From Candidatus Obscuribacterales bacterium (lineage in GTDB: Bacteria > Cyanobacteriota > Vampirovibrionia > Obscuribacterales > Obscuribacteraceae): a stretch of DNA of 64,000 nt. Where the stretch lies: contig CBDDIJ010000005.1 of assembly GCA_965228855.1 (NCBI GenBank), forward strand, positions 1,248,001 through 1,312,000, given 5' to 3'. The translations under genes and the position numbers were made by a program. Positions within the stretch are counted from its first letter, which is position 1. Each line of letters begins with the position of its first letter. Of the stretch, positions 37,417 through 46,768 are shown piece by piece. The notes under the pieces were generated by a model. It made no database searches. It saw only the letters and a list, made by a program, of their open reading frames with translations, and was not told the origin of the DNA.

Positions 37417-38502
37417 TTACTTCGAAGCCGGCGACCCGGGCGGCTCCGGCGAGGGTTGTTCAGCAGTATCATTGAGACTCCAATCGTATTCCTGATACAC
37501 AACCCTGAATTTCTTTGTGCCGTTCTCAGAAAGATTTTTCTGCACGGCTTCCGGTGTCTTCATCAGAATGTAGGCGGCAACTATCTCATCATCGGTAGGT
37601 GGAGGAAAACGCTTTCCCAAACCGACGGCAGTGGCAAAATCGAGTGGAAACCATTTGAAAAGCTGAGAAACATAAATCAAATTCTTTTCAGTGTCGAATC
37701 GAACATTTTTAGAATTGGAGAGAAACTCGATTGTATTTTGTTCGAGCGCCTCGTTTAAACCTTTGACGCCATAAGCCTCGGCACGGAGGCGTCCGCATCC
37801 TTTCGCGGCGGGAACCACCGCGAAATGAATTCGAGGCTCCTGAAAATCACGGCGAAGAATGTCGTGCTCCATGCCCTCAAGCGTTACTTTCTTACCTAGC
37901 AATTCTATGGAGTTTTCTTCCCAGAAGCCTTCAATTTGTCGGATGCTGCTCGATGGATAGTAGGTTTTAGTGCCCTTGATCGGATAATGGTCAAGCACCA
38001 GTTTTATCGTGTAGGCGTTATACGCATTGATCCAGAACGTCAACTTTTCATCCGGTGAAAATGAGTCGTATTCAGCCCTCGTAACTCTGGAAAGCGCAGC
38101 CAGGTAATCTTTTAAGCCTGAAGGGTCCTTCTTCCAGGCGGCATAATCGACCATCCCGCCGGAGACATACTTCTTCAACTCGTCAGTGAAAATCGCATTC
38201 GCCTTTTCACTGAGCGACAATTCATTCGACGGCTTCGAAGCATCGCCCGACTTCGATTTGGATTTGACAGAGCGCTCTCTGGACTTTTTCGAAGGCGGCT
38301 TCTCGGAGGCGGCATCGCCGGTAATCGCTTTCTTTGCGGGCTTTATCTTCTCTGCACGTTTTCTGGTGATCGGCTGAGTCGACTTTATCTCTGCCGTCTT
38401 TGAGTTTTCCGCCGCTTCCGGCGCAGCGCAAAATGCACTCCGGTCAATCAAACCGGAGAATGCCACCGCCACTAGTACCACTAAGCTGGAGACGCGCCGC
38501 AC
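37417..38502 (-). CDS. DUF547 domain protein
   Basis: GMVDYAAWK, FWINAYNAYT, EPRIHFA, VSQLFKWFPLDF, YDWSLN. Confidence 0.9.
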   Translation of the reverse strand: MRRVSSLVVLVAVAFSGLIDRSAFCAAPEAAENSKTAEIKSTQPITRKRAEKIKPAKKAITGDAASEKPPSKKSRERSVKSKSKSGDASKPSNELSLSEKANAIFTDELKKYVSGGMVDYAAWKKDPSGLKDYLAALSRVTRAEYDSFSPDEKLTFWINAYNAYTIKLVLDHYPIKGTKTYYPSSSIRQIEGFWEENSIELLGKKVTLEGMEHDILRRDFQEPRIHFAVVPAAKGCGRLRAEAYGVKGLNEALEQNTIEFLSNSKNVRFDTEKNLIYVSQLFKWFPLDFATAVGLGKRFPPPTDDEIVAAYILMKTPEAVQKNLSENGTKKFRVVYQEYDWSLNDTAEQPSPEPPGSPASK

Positions 38503-38735
38503 AAAAATATCCGAACTTACCTGGAGCCCCGACCTATGAGGTTCTATGCTAGCACAGTAAAAACAGATTTCCGCCGTTCTCGGACGCTTGGCATCGAGAT
38601 TAAATCACGAAAGATACAACCCCACGAGTACGTCCAGAGACACGATGAAAATAGCGGCGAAAGAGAATATCAGTTTACTAGGCCAGAAGCCTGGGAATAA
38701 TTTGCCAAAGGGACTTTTTGAGGTTCTAGCTGCAT

Positions 38736-39104
38736 ATGAAAAAAGGCGGCCAGTTACCATTCGTACTCATATTCTTTTTCCTGGCAACGCAATTCATCTC
38801 AATTTGCGGGACTATGATAGTGCTTGCCTATCCTGAAAACATAGGCAATTACGAAGATATCAGCCCCGAGCACATCGTCCCCCTCGATCCGTTTCTGGCT
38901 GGCGGCCATCAAACTCATGTTATCTCCCGGAGCAGCAACCACAACAATGCTCCCCTGAGAATGCTCGGACTTTTGCCTCAATTTCTGCTGCAACTGGCAG
39001 CGGTTGCAGTTGCAACCGTAGCTGCGCTGAGTTGCCCATCGCGCCTGCAGCTATGTCGATACACGACCAATTTATGGTTGCTTAACCGTGTACTGTTAAT
39101 CTGA
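38736..39104 (+). CDS. Small membrane protein / putative leader peptide upstream of SulP
   Basis: N-terminal TM, His-containing middle, C-terminus LWLLNRVLLI*. Confidence 0.55.
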   Translation: MKKGGQLPFVLIFFFLATQFISICGTMIVLAYPENIGNYEDISPEHIVPLDPFLAGGHQTHVISRSSNHNNAPLRMLGLLPQFLLQLAAVAVATVAALSCPSRLQLCRYTTNLWLLNRVLLI

Positions 39105-39328
39105 AGTACCGACTTCTGCTTGGCTTAAGCGGCTGTAAAAACTGCTCCAGCATTGGCGCTCGCGTTGATATTGCGAACGAGTCTTTCAACTGTCACCACC
39201 GCAAGCGCTCGCTTAAGAGCGCAAGCCAAGCATTAGTTTTGACGCCAACAGCATTGATTCCGTCTTGAGTCGTCGAGCCTAGCGACTTCTCCGGAATAAG
39301 CACCGTCGTCGGTCCCTTTGGATTATTT

Positions 39329-40993
39329 ATGATAGAAAAACTCTCTCCGCAGATGCGCCGCTACTTCGCGCATAGGTTTTACTTAAAAGATTTGCTGGCG
39401 TCCATCGTCGTCTTTCTTGTCGCACTGCCATTAGCGATGGGCATCTCGATCGCGTCGGGAATGCCGCCAGCGGCAGGATTGATTACTTGCATCGTCGGTG
39501 GTCTTATTGTCTCTCCGATAAGTGGAAGTCCGTTTCAAGTGAGCGGTCCGGCAGCCGGACTGTCGGTGATCGTCTACGAAATCTTGCAACAGCACGGCGC
39601 CGAAAAGGTCGGCATGGTGATTTTAATCGCCGGTTTCTTGCAAATGATTATGGGCTATCTTAAGCTCGGTCAATGGTTCCGCGCAGTATCGCCTGCTGTC
39701 GTCAACGGCATGTTGTCCGGTATCGGCGTCCTGATTTTCGCCAGTCAATTTCATGTCATGCTCGATGATGCCCCCAGGGGGACAGGTTTACTCAACCTCG
39801 TCGGCATCCCTCTGGCGCTCTACGACTGCCTGACCGATACCAAGGTCAACAGCACACACATCGCCGGATTCGTCGGGGTCCTCTCAATCAGCGTCATCTT
39901 GATGTGGGAGGCTATTCCAGTCAAGAAGGTCAAGCTGATTCCATCGGCACTAGTCGCGGTTTTCACGGCCACCATGGTTACTATGTACTTTAACCTGCCG
40001 ATCAAGCACGTCGACCTGCCGGCCAATCTCTTCGCGGTAATTCAACCGCTGCAACACTGGAGCAAGTTTCTGGATGTGGAATTGCTGCTCGATGGGGTCG
40101 GTCTCGCCCTCGTCGCCAGCGCAGAAACACTTCTCAGCGCCACGGCGGTGGACCGAATGCAAACCAGAGCACGAACAAAATATGACCGCGAGCTGTTCGC
40201 GCAAGGAATTGGAAATTCAATCTGCGGTTTCATGGGCGTTCTGCCAATGACAGGCGTCATCGTGAGAAGCTCTGTAAATATCCAGGCAGGAGCCAGGTCG
40301 CGAATGTCCTCAATCATTCACGGTTTTTGGATTTTGCTACTGGTAATCTCGTTTCCCACTCTGCTAAGAGCCATACCGACAGCAGCATTAGCCGCCCTTC
40401 TCGTCTACACAGGTTACAAGCTGGCCAATTTCAAGATAGTGAAGGAGCTTCTGAAAGCGGACAAACTCGAGGTCGCCATCTACTTCATTACGTTGGGGAC
40501 GATTGTGGCAACGGACCTGCTGACTGGCGTTTTGACGGGAGTGGTCTTATCGGTTTTGAAACTGCTCTATATGTTCTCACACCTGGAAATACGCTCGGTT
40601 ATGGGTCCGGACCAGGCATCAACAGCCCTGTATCTGCGCGGCGCTGCAACGTTTTTAAACCTACCGCGCCTCGCCGAGGCACTTGAAGCAGTTCCACCAA
40701 ACACCGAGCTGCACGTGCATCTGGAGGAGCTCGATTATGTAGACCATGCCTCTCTCGAAATGATTATGGCATGGGAAGTGCAACATAAAGCGACAGGTGG
40801 CTCGTTGGTAATAGACTGGGGAACGCTCGGCTCCATGTTCAGAGACCGTCGGCGCACGCCGCGCCAGGAAAGCACGCCATCCGCCGCGACCGAGGAACTC
40901 AAGGCAAGTGAAGGCTCGCAAACAGAACCACCGGACGGTCCGAAACTCACGGAGACAACCACAGCTTCAGGTAATCAGGGCGAGCCAGAGTAA
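39329..40993 (+). CDS. SulP (SLC26) family inorganic anion transporter
   Basis: DLLASIVVFLVALPLAMGISIASG, QVSGPAAGL, TGVIVRSS; STAS-like C-terminus. Confidence 0.93.
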   Translation: MIEKLSPQMRRYFAHRFYLKDLLASIVVFLVALPLAMGISIASGMPPAAGLITCIVGGLIVSPISGSPFQVSGPAAGLSVIVYEILQQHGAEKVGMVILIAGFLQMIMGYLKLGQWFRAVSPAVVNGMLSGIGVLIFASQFHVMLDDAPRGTGLLNLVGIPLALYDCLTDTKVNSTHIAGFVGVLSISVILMWEAIPVKKVKLIPSALVAVFTATMVTMYFNLPIKHVDLPANLFAVIQPLQHWSKFLDVELLLDGVGLALVASAETLLSATAVDRMQTRARTKYDRELFAQGIGNSICGFMGVLPMTGVIVRSSVNIQAGARSRMSSIIHGFWILLLVISFPTLLRAIPTAALAALLVYTGYKLANFKIVKELLKADKLEVAIYFITLGTIVATDLLTGVLTGVVLSVLKLLYMFSHLEIRSVMGPDQASTALYLRGAATFLNLPRLAEALEAVPPNTELHVHLEELDYVDHASLEMIMAWEVQHKATGGSLVIDWGTLGSMFRDRRRTPRQESTPSAATEELKASEGSQTEPPDGPKLTETTTASGNQGEPE

Positions 40994-41024
40994 AAAGGCA
41001 TGACACCGTCTTCGGTGCCATGCC
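40992..41024 (-). terminator. Rho-independent terminator of the 41050-41349 gene
   Basis: Minus strand reads GGCATGGCACCG-AAGA-CGGTGTCATGCC-TTTTT. Confidence 0.75.
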
Positions 41025-41049
41025 ATCGTCTTATTACCTGACCGTTCAC

Positions 41050-41349
41050 TTAGTCATCGTGAATCGCGTCGTGCATATCCTCTTTGGCATCGTGATGGTC
41101 TTCGCGAGCCTCTTCCTTATAGTGTTTAGCCTTCATGCGGTTCCACTTGGCTCGCAGACCGTGTCCGCGTCTAGACTGGTATTTAGCCTCAGCACGGGCT
41201 TCAGCAGCTTTCGCGTGGTTTTTATTAGCTTCACGCTCGTGCCGGATGGCATCATGGAAGTCGTCATCATCAGCCATTGCAGCCCCGATGAAGCCTATCC
41301 CTTGAATCAAAAATACCCCCATCAACGAGAGTGCAATACGTTTTTTCAT
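41050..41349 (-). CDS. Small secreted His/Asp-rich helical protein
   Basis: Signal peptide MKKRIALS...AAMA; DDDDFHDAIRHE...EDHHDAKEDMHDAIHDD. Confidence 0.75.
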   Translation of the reverse strand: MKKRIALSLMGVFLIQGIGFIGAAMADDDDFHDAIRHEREANKNHAKAAEARAEAKYQSRRGHGLRAKWNRMKAKHYKEEAREDHHDAKEDMHDAIHDD

Positions 41350-41448
41350 TTCCAGATTCCTCAAAAATGCCTTCTACAGCCTAAATAGCATCAGAGCGGC
41401 AAATTGGTTACGCACCGAAGGACGCACGAAAGACTTCAGAACGTTCTT

Positions 41449-42690
41449 TCAGTGAGCTCCATATGCGAGAAATCCCACAAAACCAAGAACAAGAGCGATT
41501 AGAGCAACGATGCCGACTTGAATCAACTTCTTCCTCTTTTTGGCGGCCCGGATGCTAGCGATTTGCATTTGCTCTCTGCGCGGAAACACTTCGAGCCTTT
41601 CCATAAGTTTCGCAATTGATTCGAAGCGAACGTTGGGATCTTTCTCAAGACAACGCTCAATAGTTTCTTCCAGGTCCTTGGGACGAGAAGCATCGAACTT
41701 TATGTTGGAAATTCTTGGAGGAAGCTTGAGTGAATGCGAGTTTTTTATTTCGCGAACACTGCCATCCATGAACGGCGGTCTCCCCGTCAGCAGAGCATAG
41801 CCGACGCATCCGACGGAGTAAACTTCGGACTTCTCGTTGTAGTCCATATTCCGCGTCTCGTCCGAAGAGAGGTAAAACGCATCTTTAGGATCCGTCAACT
41901 CATCAGTCTCTTTTACCTTCGGCATCGCAAAATCCATAAGCAACACGGAAGGCTCGGAGTTCATGTCATCAACAAAAACAATGTTTGTTGCTTTCACATC
42001 GCGATGTAGCACATTCTGTTTCTGGGCGTACTGAATTGCCTCTCCAATCGCAAGCAAAATCTTGACTGCGATATCAAAGCTAGGCACGCCATGAACAGCA
42101 AGATATTGTTCCAAATTAAAACCATCTTTATACTCAGTCACCAGATATGGTGTCGTATTGTTGAGAATGCCGTGGTCGACAATCTTGGAGATGTTAGTGT
42201 GAGTTAGCTGTTTGTTTTTCCGAACTTCCTGATCGAAAGTCTTTACTGCAGCGGGATTCATTCGTTTGAAACACTTGACCGCAACTTTGGTTCCACGCTG
42301 ACGGTCCCTGGCCAATATTGTAACAGCGCGGCTTCCATCACCTAAGACACTGAGCGGCACATAACGTTCCGCAGGAAAGGCGTTGTCACCCAGTCCCACT
42401 GATTGCAAATCCAGCGTGACCGCATCAATCTCATTCTGTTTGATGTAAGTGGGACATTTTGTCGCCGCAGGTGTTTCGCAAGCGCAAATATCAGGAGCAA
42501 CAGTACGCCCCGGTGTTCCTGCAAATATCCGTTTCTTACAAGTCGCGCAAAGATCGATAGAGAACTGCGAGTTGGGCGCGTATGGACGAAAGCATCGGCA
42601 AAATGAGACCCACTGAGTGGTTGGCTTTACGCCTTCCGGCACGAACGGTTTCAGACAATCTTGGCAAATTGGATTAGGCAAATTTTCCAT
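41449..42690 (-). CDS. Ser/Thr protein kinase with Cys-rich N-terminus and C-terminal TM
   Basis: VAVK, HRDVKATN, DFA, SEVYSVG, LTGRPPF; N-terminal CxxC/CxC clusters. Confidence 0.88.
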   Translation of the reverse strand: MENLPNPICQDCLKPFVPEGVKPTTQWVSFCRCFRPYAPNSQFSIDLCATCKKRIFAGTPGRTVAPDICACETPAATKCPTYIKQNEIDAVTLDLQSVGLGDNAFPAERYVPLSVLGDGSRAVTILARDRQRGTKVAVKCFKRMNPAAVKTFDQEVRKNKQLTHTNISKIVDHGILNNTTPYLVTEYKDGFNLEQYLAVHGVPSFDIAVKILLAIGEAIQYAQKQNVLHRDVKATNIVFVDDMNSEPSVLLMDFAMPKVKETDELTDPKDAFYLSSDETRNMDYNEKSEVYSVGCVGYALLTGRPPFMDGSVREIKNSHSLKLPPRISNIKFDASRPKDLEETIERCLEKDPNVRFESIAKLMERLEVFPRREQMQIASIRAAKKRKKLIQVGIVALIALVLGFVGFLAYGAH

Positions 42691-42770
42691 GCACGAATTG
42701 TAGCAGAGCGGCATATTCAGAAGGTTAGTCGAGGATGATTTATGAACAATCAATTCAGTTTTTCAGCCAA

Positions 42771-43433
42771 TCAGAGCAGGCAAGACTCCGCATCTTGCTG
42801 AAGAAGAGGCACAACGTAGGTGCGTAAAAACGGATACATACTTGTGCCGAAATGGGTACCAAAATGAAGACTGCGCATCATCAAAGGACTCCAGTTTATC
42901 TCTTGCAATTTCTCATACTGGCTTGCATTCTGAAAACCAACACAACCAGCAGCTTTTGTCCTGACACCATCAGCGGTGCAGACTACTGATGTACACAGTC
43001 CGAGCCAGAATAAATCGAAACTGGAATTGAACGAATAGACCTTTGTTTTCACCGCACGCAATGCCGGATGCAAATCAAACATAGGCGAAACAGCCGGAGC
43101 CAGCAATATGACCGTTTCAACCGAGTCCGGTGGCAAAAGCTCAAGCGCCTTCAGCGCGACTCCCGTTCCTCCACTTTTGGCCACTAAACTCACCCGTCGA
43201 CCGGACAAATGCAACTCTTCAATCGTCAATGCAAGATTAGCAGCCTTTGCATACATATGTTCGCGGTCACGGATGTCCGCTACCAGGCGCCCAAATCCGT
43301 GCCCCCAGACGTAGTGACGGACGTCATGATTTCCACCAGCCAATTTAATTGCGAGCCTGGTAGTGGCAGGCATAACACCGGAGCTGCCAACGCCATCAAT
43401 TGTGAAAACGACCATCGGTTTATCTATCGTCAT
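42771..43433 (-). CDS. Alpha/beta hydrolase-fold protein
   Basis: Nucleophile elbow LVAKSGG; VILLAPAVS. Confidence 0.75.
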   Translation of the reverse strand: MTIDKPMVVFTIDGVGSSGVMPATTRLAIKLAGGNHDVRHYVWGHGFGRLVADIRDREHMYAKAANLALTIEELHLSGRRVSLVAKSGGTGVALKALELLPPDSVETVILLAPAVSPMFDLHPALRAVKTKVYSFNSSFDLFWLGLCTSVVCTADGVRTKAAGCVGFQNASQYEKLQEINWSPLMMRSLHFGTHFGTSMYPFLRTYVVPLLQQDAESCLL

Positions 43434-43730
43434 ACTCTCACGCTACCACGGCTCTATAACTTCCGAGGACAAAGTCAACACTTAACGAAGTGGATCGATA
43501 AGCAGCGAGTTCCGCAACCCGGATTACGATCTAATTTTGTAACCTCAAGTAAAACTAACAAGATATTTGGTGCACCAGCTGCAGTGCTCGCTTTGAAACT
43601 TTTTCGGCGCTAATCATGTGAGAGCTTTGTTAATACGACCGGCGCGTAGTCACTTTCATCGCTACCGGCAAACATGGGTCGTGATAAGACTTTAGAACGC
43701 CATCGCAACGCATCACCGAGGAGCTCATTT

Positions 43731-44648
43731 ATGCGCCTGATTCCTCTTTTTGTTCTACTCATGACCTCGCTGTCGACCACAGTCCCTGTTCAAGCTGCGC
43801 CATGGGAGCCGTCACCCGGGCACAAACAAATTCCGCTCTGGCCGAAAACTCCGCCACATCCGCTTCCCACTGAAGGGCCCGAGCAAGCACTGGAAGCGGA
43901 AAACAAGGTCGCTGGAAAGTCCTGGACTTACGTGACCAATGTGTCAAAGCCGACGATGACTGTTTATTCTCCGCACGGGAAAAATTCTGGAGCGGCATGC
44001 GTAGTATTTCCTGGTGGCGGATATAAAATTCTGGCGATCGATCTTGAAGGAACCGAAATTTGCGAGTGGCTAAATTCAAAAGGAATTACGGCCGTCCTGC
44101 TTAAATACCGGGTGCCGAACAAGGGCTCCTACCCTAAATCTCCGGTCGCACTTGATGATGCGCAAAGAGCGATTGGCTTAGTGCGACTGCACGCGAAAGA
44201 GTGGAAGATCGACCCAGACAAAGTTGGAGTAATTGGATTCTCCGCCGGTGGACACCTCGTAGCGGCGACCAGCACATACTTCAGGAAACGCGTCTACACG
44301 CCAGTAGACGCCGCTGACAAAGAAAGTTGTAGACCTGACTTCGCGCTGTCGATTTATCCAGGACATCTGTGGAATGACAGATCGAAGTTCATCCTTAATC
44401 CTGCAGTACCTGTAACACAAAGAACGCCACCAACCTTCTTGTTGCAAGCAGAAGACGACAAGGTAGATCCGCCCGAACATTCGCTGGTGTATTATCGCGA
44501 ACTAAAAAAAGCGGGAGTGCCGGTGGAGATGCACCTGTATCCCAAAGGCGGTCACGCCTTCGGTTTGCGCGCAACGAAGCAGCCAATCACACGCTGGCCT
44601 GAACTGGCTGCTACCTGGTTGGCATCAATCGGAATGATTCCGGAGTAA
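43731..44648 (+). CDS. Secreted alpha/beta hydrolase (acetylxylan esterase/BD-FAE-like)
   Basis: Signal peptide; FPGGGY, GFSAGGH, PPTFLLQAEDD, GGHAFG. Confidence 0.9.
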   Translation: MRLIPLFVLLMTSLSTTVPVQAAPWEPSPGHKQIPLWPKTPPHPLPTEGPEQALEAENKVAGKSWTYVTNVSKPTMTVYSPHGKNSGAACVVFPGGGYKILAIDLEGTEICEWLNSKGITAVLLKYRVPNKGSYPKSPVALDDAQRAIGLVRLHAKEWKIDPDKVGVIGFSAGGHLVAATSTYFRKRVYTPVDAADKESCRPDFALSIYPGHLWNDRSKFILNPAVPVTQRTPPTFLLQAEDDKVDPPEHSLVYYRELKKAGVPVEMHLYPKGGHAFGLRATKQPITRWPELAATWLASIGMIPE

Positions 44649-44654
44649 ACGAGC

Positions 44655-46592
44655 TCACAGTTTTGTGCGCTTCTCTATCAGCGTCGTGAGCGCTGCCGCA
44701 TCAAACGCCGGCAAGGAGCACGCTCCATTTCCGCAACTGAAAGCAGCTGCTTTTCCAAGTTCGGGGTATTCGACATCCATGTTGGGCAAGTTTCCCTCGT
44801 TTTTATCGAACCACTCCAGCCTTCGATAGACGGAAGGACTCTTGAGAGCGGTCGTGAACAGACTTTTCGCGACAGGATCGGTCTTGCCACCAACTATGGT
44901 GATGTGGAACGGCGCGCTGCCGATCTGGCTATCTGCCAGGAGAATACCGGCGACGAGTATACGGCGAGTCCGGGCAATCTCAGGCGTAGACAAATATCGC
45001 ATCGCCTGTTTTGACATATCCTGATAGTCTTTTTTACCGGTGTATTGAAACAGCAGGTTGCTAAAGCGTGCGAGCATAATGTTTTCATCGAGCAAGGGCA
45101 CAGGTTTCGCAATCTTGCTGGAGGTGGGGTCCGCAGTCAGATAGCCGGCTGTTTTTGATTTGTCTCCGCCGACGTAGTTGTCGAAGTGCTTGCCGATAAA
45201 CTCCGCGCAACCCTGAGCACGCTCCAACCATTTTTTGTCGGCAGTCGCTTCGTACAGCGACAGAAAAGCGCGCCCCATCGCCAGCGAATCACCCAGGAAC
45301 GGACCGGCAATATCCTTCTCGTCATGCCGGAAACCGCCACCATCGAGCGAGCGGTTCTTCAAAATCCAATCTGCCGCGTTTGTCGCCGCATCGAGATAGC
45401 TTTGTTCACCGGTCGCCATGTACAAATAAGCAAAACCGTTGATTGCCCAGCCGTTTTCTCGAGCATAGATATGCTTATCTACACGAGGGATGCCGCGCTT
45501 TCGACGCTTCGCATCGTTTAAATCAAAGTAGTCCTGACTGTGTTGACCAGGCACCAGATCCGCGTCTTGACTGGTATAGAATGCCCCCTCCGGCGACATC
45601 AAAAAGGTCTGCAAGTAGCCGGCGATACTTTTTGCAGCTTTCAGATAACTCGGTTTCTTATAAAGCATGCTCCCCATCGAGTAGATTCGCAGGTTTTCGC
45701 CTTGCATTTGCATAATCTTCTCAAAGTGCGGGTGTTTCCAATCGCCGTCGGTGGAATACTGGTAAACGCCTCCCCATACAGGGTCTAACAGATTCAGTTG
45801 GCCATCTAACGTAGCAGTGGCTCGTTTCACGGCCGCGGCATCGCCGGCGACACCACTCTGCATTGCATATTCAACGCTGTCCCAGTCAAGAAACTTGTGA
45901 TGCGTCCCCCAGGCACCGTATTTAGTATCGTATCCATCAACGTGCTTTCTCTGAAGCTCGTCTCGTATTTCCTTACTTAAGCTGCTCTCGACATTGTAGG
46001 CAGTCTCGGGCTTAGACGGCTTTTCCGGTGTCGGGTCTTGCTCGATTGCCGCCAATAGTTTCAACATCTTCTCGGGGTTAATATATCCCTGGCGCTTCAC
46101 GATCTCTTTGCCGTCTGCGTTGAAGATAATTGTTGCCGGCCATCCCCAGTCTTCGTATTTGTGACTGAGGTCCGGGCGAGAGTCCTGGTCGACCTTGACG
46201 AGTATGTATTTCGTCTTCAAAATCTCCGCCACTTCTGGATTGCCGTAGGTTTCTGCATCCATAACATGACACCAGTGACACCAAACAGCCTCGAGATCGA
46301 GCAAGATCAGCTTGTTCTCGCTTTTCGCGCGGTCAAATAATTTGTCGTCCCATTTCTCCCAGGTCAAGCCCGCCTTATTGTGTGAGACCTTCTCTCCGCC
46401 ATTCGCCTCAGCAACCTGAGTCGGCGCCGTCAGATTCCGCCGAGTTTCCGACGCGATCGAACTCTCGCCCACGGGAGCCGTCGAAACAGGCAATGCGAGC
46501 GCGCCCGCATGCACATGTACTTCGGCGGAAACCGCCGTTGCGGATAACGCCACCACTGCGGACAGAGACAACCAGGAGCGCAAAATCTTCAT
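44655..46592 (-). CDS. Thioredoxin-domain DUF255 (YyaL/SPATA20-like) protein
   Basis: WCHWCHVM, GWPAT, DPVWGGVYQYS, PHFEKI, FYTSQDAD; signal-like N-terminus. Confidence 0.9.
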   Translation of the reverse strand: MKILRSWLSLSAVVALSATAVSAEVHVHAGALALPVSTAPVGESSIASETRRNLTAPTQVAEANGGEKVSHNKAGLTWEKWDDKLFDRAKSENKLILLDLEAVWCHWCHVMDAETYGNPEVAEILKTKYILVKVDQDSRPDLSHKYEDWGWPATIIFNADGKEIVKRQGYINPEKMLKLLAAIEQDPTPEKPSKPETAYNVESSLSKEIRDELQRKHVDGYDTKYGAWGTHHKFLDWDSVEYAMQSGVAGDAAAVKRATATLDGQLNLLDPVWGGVYQYSTDGDWKHPHFEKIMQMQGENLRIYSMGSMLYKKPSYLKAAKSIAGYLQTFLMSPEGAFYTSQDADLVPGQHSQDYFDLNDAKRRKRGIPRVDKHIYARENGWAINGFAYLYMATGEQSYLDAATNAADWILKNRSLDGGGFRHDEKDIAGPFLGDSLAMGRAFLSLYEATADKKWLERAQGCAEFIGKHFDNYVGGDKSKTAGYLTADPTSSKIAKPVPLLDENIMLARFSNLLFQYTGKKDYQDMSKQAMRYLSTPEIARTRRILVAGILLADSQIGSAPFHITIVGGKTDPVAKSLFTTALKSPSVYRRLEWFDKNEGNLPNMDVEYPELGKAAAFSCGNGACSLPAFDAAALTTLIEKRTKL

Positions 46593-46768
46593 ACCGAACG
46601 CCTCGAAGTATCGACGACAAACCCAAGCCTTGAATGATAGCAAAGCGCCCGGACTGTCGTTGTTAAACCAACAGTCCGACTTTATACGCCCAGAATGTTT
46701 GAATATCTGGCCGCCTCTGTAAGGTTAGTGTTAATTAGCGCTCCGTCTCTCATCGTGAGGCGCTGCCT

